Source of the DNA: Mustelus asterias
Taxonomy: Eukaryota
Assembly (NCBI RefSeq): GCF_964213995.1
Contig: NC_135803.1
Coordinates: 112,778,001-112,842,000, forward strand
DNA length: 64,000 bases
Direction of reading: 5' to 3'
In this document: positions 50,401-61,960 of the stretch, piece after piece
How positions within the stretch are numbered: the first letter of the stretch is position 1
How the letters are laid out: every line of letters begins with the position of its first letter
Made by a program: the position numbers and the translations under genes
The notes under the pieces: generated by a model
What the model was told of the DNA's origin: nothing
Seen by the model: the letters and a program-made list of their open reading frames with translations, nothing else
Databases searched by the model: none

Positions 50401-50999
50401 TTAAAATAATTTGGAAATTAAGACTGCTGCTGCTTGACTCGCCCATGGGACAGCGCTTCCAATTTTGGCACAAGTACCCAGAAGTTAGTGAGGAGGACTT
50501 TGCAGTGTCAACTGGGCAGTTGTGCCTTGTCACTTTTGGTGTCTAGGTCGATGCTGGGTGGTCCCTTGGGTTTTATTCCTTCTCAACTTTTCTTTCACAG
50601 TTTGATACAAATGAATGACTTGCTGGGCCATTGCAGTGGGCAATTAAGAGTCAATCACATTGCTGTGGCTGTGGAGTCACATCGGCCAGACCAGATAAGG
50701 GAAGATTTCCTTTCGTAAAGGACATTAGTGACCCAGATGAGTTTTTATGACGATCTGGAGTTTTGTGGTCACCATTACTGAAATTAATTCCAGGTTTATT
50801 AATGAACTGATTTTAAATTCCACCAGCGGGTGTAGTGATATTTGAACTCATGTCTCTGAAGCAGTAGTCCCAGCCTGTGGATTAATAGTCAGGTAACATT
50901 AACACTATGCCACTGTGAGAGCAAACATACGCAAGTTCCCAACTTGAGTTAGGAAAAAGCTGCCATGAGTGGATGCTAACCAGCACTTACCGCAAATGA

Positions 51000-51720
51000 G
51001 AGAATAGAACAGGGTACATTCTAAAGGATGAAAGGCTAGCGACAGTGGCTTCAGGGTCCAGGTACATCGATCATTAAAATTTAATTGGCAAGCTCAAAAA
51101 TATAATCAAAAACACAAATAAAATGCTAGCCTTCATATCTAGCGGAGTAGAACACAAGTGGGTAGAGGTTATGTTTCATCGGTACAAATCCCTGATTACA
51201 CTGCATCTGGGGTACTGTGGACAGCTCTCAGCATCACATCTTAGGGAGGATAAATTTGACCTTGGAGAGAGTACAATGTAGATTTATTAGAGTGACACCC
51301 GGACTCCGAGGCTAAGCCATGAGGAGAGATGAAACAAATTAGGCTTGTAGTTGCTGGAATGTAGAAGATTAAGGGGCGATTTCATCAAAGCTTTCAACAT
51401 ATAAAAGGGGACAGAGGGAGGGTGAATTTTGAGGAGTATAGGTTTAAGAGGTATCATCAAAAAATTAGAGCCAGATTTTTCAGAAGCAAAATGACAAAAC
51501 TTCCTCATGAAAAGTGTGGTGGCATTTCAGACTCTCTTCTGAAATGACAATTGACGCAAGATCAAATATTGATTTTAAAAAGATTGCTAGGCTTTTGTTA
51601 GTCAAAGTTATTGAGGGCCACGGGGCAAGGATGGCTAATCTGGAGTTAAATCACTATCAGCTCTGATCTCATAGCAGAAAGGACTTGAGTGGCTAATTGG
51701 CTTTTCCTGTTCCTATTCTC
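51000..51720 (+). mobile_element. Old CR1 3' fragment
   Basis: Decayed ECRRLRGDFIKAF and CR1-type tail. Confidence 0.65.
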
Positions 51721-52394
51721 CTGTGACCAAGTTGCAGTCAGCAACTATCCTTACAAACTTGATAAAAGCTGATAAAACCCTCCTTGCAAAGTTTCCCAAG
51801 CAGTGTGATGGAGGCAAAGAAATTCTGGGATAATTCAGGAGAGGAAACAGGAGACTACTATGGAAGGATAGATCAAATGAATTCCCTTCTTTGTACGTTT
51901 TAATTGTTAACCTGGCCAAACCACAAGGATCAGCTGAAAAACAAAGAAGTACAGTACTTGAATTAAAGAAAATCTATTGTGAATGGATGTGAGCTATTCA
52001 TTGACAAGAGAAAACAGGTTATGAGGGCAATGGCAATGTTTTCTCACACTTGCTATCTATAAACTTTCTTTAATATCATGAAGTGACTCTCAGGGCCTGA
52101 AGGCAAGAGATAATGGGGTTGAAAAGTAAATTGGCAGCCCATTTTGTGAATAAATGCACATTGAATAGTTTGATTGTTTCTCTTAATTTCAATCATTACC
52201 AACAAACATGGAATCCACAGCAACAAACCATTACATAGCGCAGTGTTTTTTTCCCTTACAAAGTGAATCTTAATCGGTTTTCTATTCCTTACTGAATTTA
52301 GGATTATAAAATCATAATAATCTTTCACTCTTTTGTTAATCAAGAATCTATCTGACTCTGCCTTAAAAATATTCAAAATCTCTACTTCCACTGC

Positions 52395-55300
52395 TGTGGT
52401 GAACCATCGTTGGTTCCCACTGGATAGTGCTGAGCCTGGGGCTGGCCAGTACTACAAGGATGTACATATGTTACTGTTGGGTTGTGCTATTGTTGCTGTT
52501 GGGGTTGGGGTGGGGTTGTTACACCTTTGTACTGTAGTGTTGTGGCACATCCCAGTCGGGCTCCGCCTCCTGGGAGAGGTATAAGAGTCCCTGCTCTGGC
52601 CGGGACCCCTTCAGTCTGGGATAGTGTACATAAGTTCTGGCAGCTTCATTACAGTAAATAAAAGCCTTTCATTTACTGAGCTTCAGGCCTCGTGTTTGAG
52701 TAGCGCATCAATTTTATTTACTGTCGTTAAACTCTCGTCGAAGTAAAAAAGAGAGAGAGTATGGAGCAAATTCTGAAGCCGGAACGCCTTACGCTAGATC
52801 CACGTGCGGTGGGCGCTTCTAACACCTTCGACCACTGGCTGAAGTGTTTCGAAGACTACCTGGCAGCCTCCGCAGCGGTCACCACAGATGATGACAGACT
52901 CCGGGTCCTCCATGCGAGGGTAAGCGACACTGTCTACCTCGCGATCCGTGCGGCCACCGATTATCCTAAGGCCCTCGAGCTTCTAAAGAAGCGCTATACC
53001 AAACCACCTAATGAGATACACGCTCGTTACCTCCTAGCCACTCGACGACGGCAGTCTGGCGAAACGATAGAGGACTATGCGAACGAGCTCCTACAGCTAG
53101 CCAGGGGCTGTGACTGCAAAGCTGTGTCGGCTGAGCAGAGCATGTACGACCTCGCCCGAGATGCGTTTGTGGCCGGGGTCGGATCATCGTACATTCGACT
53201 TAAACTGTTGGAGAAGGGTAACCTTAATCTTACCCAGGCCATCGAGTTAGCAGAGATGCTCGAGCCGGCCTCCAAAAGCTTAGTTTTATATCCGGAGGAC
53301 CATGTGGAGACAACGTGGCAGGAGCAGTCGCAAATCCCTCCTCGTCCCTCGGGTTCGAAATGCTGTGTAATGGCGTGCTCCCATTCGGGCCAGACGACGG
53401 CAGCAGCCCCGGGCGGCCTGCGGTGCTATTTCTGTGGAGGAGCGAAGCATACCCGGCAAAAGTGTCCCACTAAAGCTGTGTTGTGCACCGCATGCGGTAA
53501 AAAAGGGCGTTATTCAAAAGTGTGCCGATCTAAACCCAGGAACGGCAGTGCGGCCTGCGATTCTTCAGAGCTCGGGTCCTCGTCGTCGAAGTCGCCGCGG
53601 GGTTCGTCCACGTGCGAGACCAGGACGACGCCATTACAGTCGACGGAGTCGGAGGAGTATGACCACCAGGGGTCGCTGAGTTTGGCGCCCTCACCCACGT
53701 GCGATTCATGGGGGCAGCCATGTTGGTCGACACTGACCACGAACGACCAGCAGGGGTCCTCCTCATCGACTTCAGCTGCCTGCAGTGGCGCTCATGAACC
53801 AACGGTGGCGTCGATCATCCTGGACCAGGCCAAGCCTCATAGACTTGACAAATCTATGATGAATATCCAGGTAAATGACCACGTGATTTATTGTCTGTTT
53901 GACAGCGGGAGCACTGAGAGCTTTATCCACCCAGACACTGTGAAGCGGTGTGGACTCCAGATTCAACCTGCCAAACAGACAATCTCTATGGCATCAAGGT
54001 CGCGGTCTGTTGCCGTGCTAGGGAGTTGCGTGGTAACCTTGAAGGTGCAAGGCACAGTTTACGAGCGTTTCAAGCTCCTTGTGTTGCCGTATCTTTGCGC
54101 GCCAATACTTCTCGGACTAAACTTCATGGTCCACTTGAGGAGTGTAATCCTACAGTACGGTGGGCCACTCCCTTCACTGGCAATGGGAAAACAGCAGCAG
54201 CCTCCAAATTGCCCAACGTGCCCCGCCTGCAGCCTCCCGACGCTGAAGATCACCACACCCTCCTTGTTCCAGAATCTTGTGCCAGGCTGCAAGCCCATCG
54301 CGACTAAAAGTAGGCGTTACAGCGCTGAGGATCGGATCTTCATTAGATCTGAGGTTCAGCGGCTCCTCAAAGAAAGGATCATACAACCCAGCGCTAGTCC
54401 GTGGAGAGCGCAGGTCGTGGTGGTCAAGAGCGGGAACAAACCCCAGATGGTCATTGACTACAGTCAGACCATTAACCGATATACGCAGCTGGATGCATAT
54501 CCCCTCCCGCGCATATCTGATATGGTCAATCAGATTGCGCAGTACCGGGTGTTCTTCACCATAGACCTCAAGTCTGCCTACCACCAACTCCCCATTCGCC
54601 CAGAGGACCGACAATACATGGCTTTTGAGGCGGATGCTCGCTTGTATCACTTTCTCAGGGTTCCCTTTGGTGTCACCAATGGGGTCTCGGTCTTCCAGCG
54701 TGCTATGGACCGAATGGTGGACCAGAACGGGCTGCGGGCTACCTTCCCGTACCTGGATAATGTCACCATCTGCGGCCATGACCAGCAGGACCACGACACA
54801 AACCTCCTGAACTTCTTACGCACTGCATCTCGCCTGAACTTGACCTACAACAGGGAGAAGTGTGTGTTTCGTACGCGCCGTTTAGCCATCCTAGGATACG
54901 TGGTGGAAAACGGGGTAATTGGCCCTGATCCAGACCGTATGCGCCCCCTTTCTGAACTTCCCTTACCTGCTAGTGCAAAAGCACTGAGAAGATGCTTAGG
55001 CTTCTTCTCTTATTATGCGCAGTGGGTTCCCAACTACGCGGATAAAGGTCGTCCGCTCATTAAGTCCACGACTTTTCCCTTAACGCCAGAGGCCCGATTG
55101 GCCTTCGATAAATTGAAAGCCGACATCGCGAAAGCTACGATGCACGCTGTAGACAAGTCCATCCCCTTTCAGGTGGAGAGCGATGCATCTGATTTCGCCC
55201 TGGCCGCCACACTTAACCAGGCGGGCAGGCCCGTCGCATTTTTTTCCCGCACCCTCCAAGGCCCCGAAATTCGGCATTCAGCGGTGGAAAAGGAGGCCCA

Positions 55301-57131
55301 GGCCATTGTGGAGGCCGTCAGGCACTGGCGCCATTACTTGGCGGGAAAACGGTTCACCCTGGTCACGGACCAGCGGTCCGTGGCGTTCATGCTTAACAAC
55401 ACGCAGAGGGGCAAGATCAAGAATGACAAGATCTTGCGGTGGAGAATTGAACTCTCCACCTATAACTACGACATCATGTATCGTCCAGGGAAACTCAATG
55501 AGCCCTCGGATGCCCTCTTGCGTGGAACATGCGCGAGTATACAGGAGGACCGTTTGCACGCCCTCCATAATGACCTGTGCCATCCTGGGGTCACTCGGCT
55601 CTACCACTTTATAAAAGCCCGCAACCTGCCTTACTCGGTGGAGGACGTCAGGTCAGTAACAAGGAGCTGTCGGGTTTGCGCGGAATACAAACCGCACTTT
55701 TACCGACCTGACCGGGCACATTTAGTCAAGGCCACTCGTCCCTTCGAGAGACTGAGTGTCGATTTTAAGGGCCCCCTTCCCTCAACAGATCGGAATGTGT
55801 ACTTCCTCAATATCATTGACGAGTACTCTCGGTTCTCTTTTGTTGTTCCCTGCTCTGATACATCCGCTGCCACGGTTATCAAGGCATTCCGTGATCTCTT
55901 TACCCTGTTCGGGTACCCCAGCTACATCCATAGCGACAGGGGCTCGTCGTTCATGAGCGATGACTTGAGGCAATTCCTGCTCTCATACGGGATTGCCTCT
56001 AGTAGGACCACGAGCTACAACCCTAGGGGTAATGGACAGGTGGAACGCGAGAATGCTACAGTCTGGAAGGCTGTCTTACTGGCGTTGTAGTCAAAAGGTC
56101 TTCCAGTCTCCCGTTGGCAAGAGGTGCTCCCTGATGCGCTCCATTCTATTCACTCCCTCCTGTGTACGGCAACCAATGCTACTCCCCACGAGAGGATGTT
56201 CTCATTCCCTCGGAAGTCTTCCTCGGGGACCTCATTACCGTCTTGGTTGACGTACTCAGGACCCGTCCTCCTGCGGCGACATGTAAGGGCCCGCAAGTCC
56301 GACCCGTTGGTCGAACAGGTCCATCTCCTCCACGCCAACCCTCAGTATGCCTATGTGGCATACCCTGACGGGCGAGAGGACACGGTCTCGATCCGAGACC
56401 TGGCACTAGCAGGGGACGTAGCAACTCCTGTCGCTCCCATACCCCCTGTAACAAACCCTTTATCTCTTGTTTCTTCCCCGGACACGGCGCGGGCAGCATC
56501 GGGACCATTGCTTAACCATTTTACTCCCATGTACAGCTTGCCTGAGCCCAGAAGATGGTCGCCACCGCAGGGCGTGTCAGGATCCCCTGGACTACCGTCA
56601 CCTCAGGGTCAACCGGCCTGTGAGTCCGTGGAAGAACAGCTGGACGCCGCTTTGGGGAGAACGCCACCGCAAGTGCCTACTCCAGTGTCACCGCCGGTAT
56701 TGAGGAGGTCACAACGACGGTGCGGTCCCCCTGACCGTCTGAACTTATAGACTGCTGACACTTTATTCTGTTTTTTTGTACCCCGCCGGCCTTTGTTCTC
56801 AAAGGAGGGGTGAATGTGGTAAACCATCGTTGGTTCCCACTGGATAGTACTGAGCCAGGGTCTGGCCAGTACTACAAGGATGTACATATGTTACTGTTGG
56901 GTTGTGCTATTGTTGCTGTTGGGGTTGGGGTGGGGTTGTTACACCTTTGTACTGTAGTGTTGTGGCACATCCCAGTCGGGCTCCGCCTCCTGGGAGAGGT
57001 ATAAGAGTCCCTGCTCTGGCCGGGACCCCTTCAGTCTGGGATAGTGTATATAAGTTCTGGTAGATTCGTTAACAGTAAATAAAAGCCTTTCATTTACTGA
57101 GCTTCAAGCCTCGTGTCTGAATAGCGCATCA
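52395..57131 (+). mobile_element. Full-length Gypsy LTR retrotransposon 2
   Basis: LTRs 52395-52710 and 56815-57131, TG...CA ends, 5-bp TSD ACTGC, PPT AAAGGAGGGGTGAA at 56801-56814, TATAAGA and AATAAA in the LTR. Confidence 0.97.
52761..56750 (+). CDS. Gypsy single-ORF gag-pol polyprotein with one in-frame TAG at 56088-56090
   Basis: 1109-aa ORF with Gag CCHC, LFDSGS, YLDN, RNase H and the IN core, continuing in frame to PPDRLNL*; colinear with element 1. Confidence 0.94.
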
Positions 57132-60074
57132 ACTGCCTTTTGAGAAAAAGAGTTCCAGACTCACAAACCTCAGATAAAAAAATTCACCTCATCTCTGTCT
57201 TAATGAGCGGCCTCTTATTTATAATTGACCCCCTAATTCTAGATTCTCCCACAAGAGGAAACATCGTGTGCACATCCACCCTGTTAAGACCTCGCAGGAT
57301 CGTGAAGGTTTCAATCAAGTCACCTCTAATCTTCCAAACACAAGTAGATACAAACCCAACTTGCCCAACCCTTCCTCATAAGACTACCTGCCCGTTCCAG
57401 GTATTAGTCCAGTAAACCTTCTCTGAACTGCCTCTAATGCATTTACATCTTTCCTTCACACAGTACTCCAGGTGTAGTCTCATCAGTGCCCGGTACAACT
57501 GAAGCAAAACCTCCCTATGTTATCAATTCCCCTCACAAATAAACAATATCATTGTATTAGCTTTCCTAATTACTTGCTGTACCTGCATGCTAGCTTTTTG
57601 TGATTCATGTACTGGGATACCCAGGTCTCTCTGAATCTCATTGCTCTGCAATCTTTCACCATTTAGATAATAAGTTTTTTTAATTGTTCCTGTCAAAATC
57701 CCTTTGTCAGATCTTTGCTCACTCATTTAATCAATCTATGTCCCATGGCCTCCTTATGTCCTCGTTACAATTTAACTTCCTACCTACCGTTGTGCCGTCA
57801 GCAAATTTAGCAACCATATGTTTGATCCCTTCATCCAAATCATTTATGTAAATTGTAAAAAATTGAAGCCCCAGCACTGATCTTGTGGCACACCACTCGT
57901 TCTAACCTGCCAACCAGAGAAAGGCCTATTGATGCTAACTCTGTTTCCTGTTAGCGAGCCACACTTCTATCCATGCCAATGTTACCCTCTAATTCACCTG
58001 TGTCCATTTATCCACAGCACATGTGACTCTTTCAAGAACTCCAATAAACATGATATCCCTTTCACAAAACCTTGTTGACCCTGATTGCCTGGATTTGAAA
58101 AATGTCCTGCTGTAAAATATTTAATAGTAGCTTCGAATATTTTCCCTATTGCCGATATTAGGCTAACTGGCCTGTAGTTTCCTGATTTCTGACTCCTTCC
58201 CTTTCTGATTAAAGGAGTTAGATTTGCCATTTTCCAATCAAATGGAACCTCCCCCAATTATAGGGCATTTTGAAAAATTAAAACCAATGCACAAACTATC
58301 TTCCTAGCTACTTCTCTCAAGACCCTCGGATGAAGCCCAGGGATTTGTCAGTCCACAGTCCCAACAATTTGCTCAAATACCATTTCCCTGGAGATTGTAT
58401 TTTTCTGAGTTCCTCCCTCCCTTCCATTTCCGGACTTACAACTATTTCTGGGATGTTACTTGTATCCTCTACATGAAGATTGATGCAACATACCAGTTCA
58501 ATTCATCTGCCATCTCCCTACTTTCCATTACCACTTTTCTTGATGTATTTTCTATAGGACCAATGCTCACTTTGTTAATTCCTTTCTTATTTAAATAGTT
58601 ATAGAAACTCTTACTATCAGTCTTCATATTCCTAGTCATCTTCCCCTCGTACTCTAATATTTCCCTCTTTATTAATCTTTGTCATTCTTTGCTCTTCTTT
58701 ATATCCTGTTTAATCTTCTGACCCACCATCGATTGCAATTGTCTGCTTTTTCTTTAAGTTTGACACTTTCTTTAAAGTGGGCCTTCCACTTAGAACTTTT
58801 CTTTCTCACTGGAATGTATCGATTCTGTGCATTCTGAAATATCCCCTTAAATGTCTGCACTGCATCTCTGTTCACCTATTTCTTAATCTCATTTGTCAGT
58901 TCACTTTAGATAGCTGTGTTTTCATGTCTTCATAATTGCCCTTAAGTTTAATACTTGTCTTTGATGCATTCTTGTCTACCTCCAACTGAATGTGAAAATT
59001 CAATCATATTACGATCCCTGTTACCTAGGGATGTCATCATGATGAGGTTATCAATTAATTCTATCGTGTTGCACAATACCAGGTCTGGTAATGTTGGCTC
59101 ACTGGTTGGTTCCAGATTTTCTGGCTAAGAAACTATCTCAGAAACATTCTATGAATTCGTCATCTAGGCTACCTTTGCTCATCCGATTTTTCCAGTCTAT
59201 ATGTAGATTAAACCTCCCCCCCACCATGATTATTTCCATACCTTTCTGCCAATCTCCCACTATCTCCCCTTTTGTATTATGTTACACTGTGTGGTTACAA
59301 TTAAGGGCCACTCCCATAAGTGGCTTCTTGCCTTTATAATTTCTCATCTCAATCCAAACTGCTTCTATATCCTGGTTTCCTGGATTTTCCAGTGTTACAG
59401 GATGCCTGCTCTTCCCCTCGTCTGTTGTGGTACTTGCTGGACAGAGATTTTTTTTCCATGAACACCTGCTGTACTCCTTGGATCAGGAATTTCAGTGGTG
59501 TTAAAAACCCACAGAGATGCCCCAGGGTACATACATGATCTAGGGAATATTGGATGCAACCACTGCTTTAATTACTCTTCATTACATCCAAGGCTGTCTC
59601 ATCCTCAGTGACTGTCTGCCTTGGCTTCTGGCATGGCCCCCTCATCCACTGGTGCCACCACAGTTTTGAATGACTCCTTTCATGTTTGGTGTTCCCATTA
59701 TGAGCATGCTTCTCCTGCAGGCACAGACATACTCAGTGTCACTCCTGTCTGATGGTCCATTTGTGTCAATCACTCTGAGTCACTGTAAATGTGTACTACT
59801 GTGCCACTGGAAGGAGGGACAAGTTGATACAGCCATCTCAATGCAGCATTCACCCATTGGGTTTGGGTGCATGTGAACTGGGCACATGTGGACAATGGTG
59901 CCTAGTGTTGCCCTGTGGTTACCCACCTGGCCTCACACTTCATGGGTGCCTTTTAATTCATGCGGGACTTCCAGTTTGCAATTCTAAATGCCACTTGCCT
60001 TTCCAGACCTCAGCAGGTCTTTAAACCTTTTCCTGTGTTGGATCCAGGTTAGTGCTTCCTATGGCACTTAACGC

Positions 60075-60887
60075 TGTTAGGGTACAGAAACCCCAATGTT
60101 ATGAAGCTTGACTAGACCCCAACAATTTAAGCAATTTTCCTCTTATAAACTTAAACTCCTCTTCAAAAATCAGTTAGCAAACAACACAGGCTTACGTATT
60201 TTTTACTTATTAACAGTCCTTGAGATTTTAAACACCTCTGGAGGGAGAGAGAGAGAGACAGAGAGACACTTGTCTTCTGACAATCGCTAACAGCAGCCTC
60301 TAGAGAGAGAGAGAGAGGCCTCTTGCTTCTTTCAGGGCCAGGCAGAAATTGACTGTTTTAAAATAAATAAGAACTGTGCGTTTTTTCCTGCAATCTTAGC
60401 TCAGCTCAGCTCAATCACATGACTCTGCCTCCATCAATCAACCTATTCAAAACCCTACTCTAGGACAAAACCCAAGTAAATAAAAATGCATCAACTCAGA
60501 TTAAACAATCACTACCCTAGCTAAGATCAATAGTTAGCCTGCATTCTCAGCATGTAAGCTGCTTGGTGCAGACAAATCGGCACCATGAAAAGAGAGCTGA
60601 ATTTTAAACATATCCCTCACAAGAAACATGATATCAATACATTTCTTAGAGGCATAAGACTGTGGACTGTGGTTTCCTCCCACAGTCCAAAGATGTGCGG
60701 GCTAGGTTGATTGGCCATTCTAAATTGCCCCTTAGTGTCCCGGGATGCATAGGTTAGAGGGGTTAGTGGGTAAATATGTAGGAATATGTGGATAGGGCCT
60801 GGGTGGGATTGTGGTTGGTGCATTCTCGATGGGCCGAATGGCCTCTTTCTGCACTGTAGGATTCTATGATTCTATACTGTCACCACA
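60075..60887 (-). mobile_element. Solo LTR with an inserted truncated HE1 SINE (about 60660-60875)
   Basis: TGT...ACA ends, near-TSD ACGC/ACAC, homology to 33678-34443, internal (GA)n. Confidence 0.65.
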
Positions 60888-60889
60888 AC

Positions 60890-61250
60890 ACTCAAAACCA
60901 GCTGTGCTGGCCAGGACATGTCATTCGTATGCCTGACAGCAGATTCCCAAAAGCAACTGTGCTACTCAGGAGTGGCAAGAGATTCCCATAAGGATAATGG
61001 AAATACTTTAGGGATGATCTCAAAATATCCTAAAGAGATCAAACAGCCCTGGGAGACCCTGGCCTCTCACTGACCAAATGGAGAAGGTTCATTCAGGAAG
61101 ACACCAACATGTTGAATCTTTGTCGAGAACACACAGGCAATGTCGAGGCATTGGAGAAAGTGCACAAACCTCCAATAACTCACCTGCCCGACTCTTTAAT
61201 CACCACCTGCTCCACATGTGACAGAGTCTGCAGATTGTGCAATGGACTTA
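60890..61250 (+). mobile_element. RTE-type LINE 3' fragment
   Basis: QNQLCWPGHVIRMPDSRFPK and TCSTCDRVC..GL zinc-finger remnant. Confidence 0.65.
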
Positions 61251-61559
61251 GCAGTGTAGTAGAAGGGTATTCAGCATTGGAAGGGTTAATGGAAGACTGG
61301 ACAACAGTACTGCCCGTATGCAGCCTTTAGTTGGTTCTTCCTTGTGAAATCACCGAGGAAGTTCTACCACCTGCCTGTGTGTGCCACTAACCTGACTATC
61401 TCCCATCAATGCTTTCACTGAAAATTTCCAGCTAATCAGAGGGAGTCCGTTTGGATTTGTAAAGTGTGGATCCTGCCAATTACCCAAATATCTTGAATGA
61501 ATGCTGAACAATAGCAGGGACGTCTGTTGTACACAAAGCCAAGCTGTTTGCTTTGAAAG

Positions 61560-61960
61560 AACTTGCTGCTTTTAGCTTCATTCACAATCTCAAGGTGCCC
61601 CAAAGAGCTTCACAGCCAGTACAGCACAGCCAATGTTGTGATGTGAGAAACGGACCAGCCAACTTAGGCAAAGCAAGGTCACGCAAACAAGAATGAGATA
61701 AATAATCAGATCATCTGGAGATAAGTCTTGAGAAGGACACCGGAAATATTTTTTCGAAAGTACCATGGGATTCTTTTATGGACATGCAAGATGGCAGACA
61801 GGGCCTTGATCTAACATAACATCCAAAAGACAGTACCTCTGACTCTGATCTCAGTACCACACTGATTATCTGATATTACGGAATCAAGTTTCATCGAGAA
61901 GAGTGTGAACCTAAAACTCTTCAGCTAAAGACAAGATTGCTACCAATGAGCCAGTGCTGA
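61560..61960 (-). mobile_element. Old Deu-domain SINE
   Basis: Reverse-complement match to the 46.6-kb copy (TACCATGGGATTCTTTTATG, ATAATCAGATCATCTG). Confidence 0.55.

Larger units (their letters stand above)
52330..59390 (-). mobile_element. Decayed CR1 LINE (about 52330-52394 plus 57132-59390), host of Gypsy element 2
   Basis: Minus-strand DWKMANLTPL..KG..NYRPVSLIS, YYLNGERL..QRDLG and MEVEILNIFKAESDRFL are continuous across the insertion. Confidence 0.85.

Noticed and set aside
42094-56887. Many antisense and alternate-frame ORFs within the Gypsy elements, including a possible env
   Set aside because: They are shadows of a GC-rich pol frame. The pol stop is followed within about 70 nt by the PPT and LTR, leaving no room for env.
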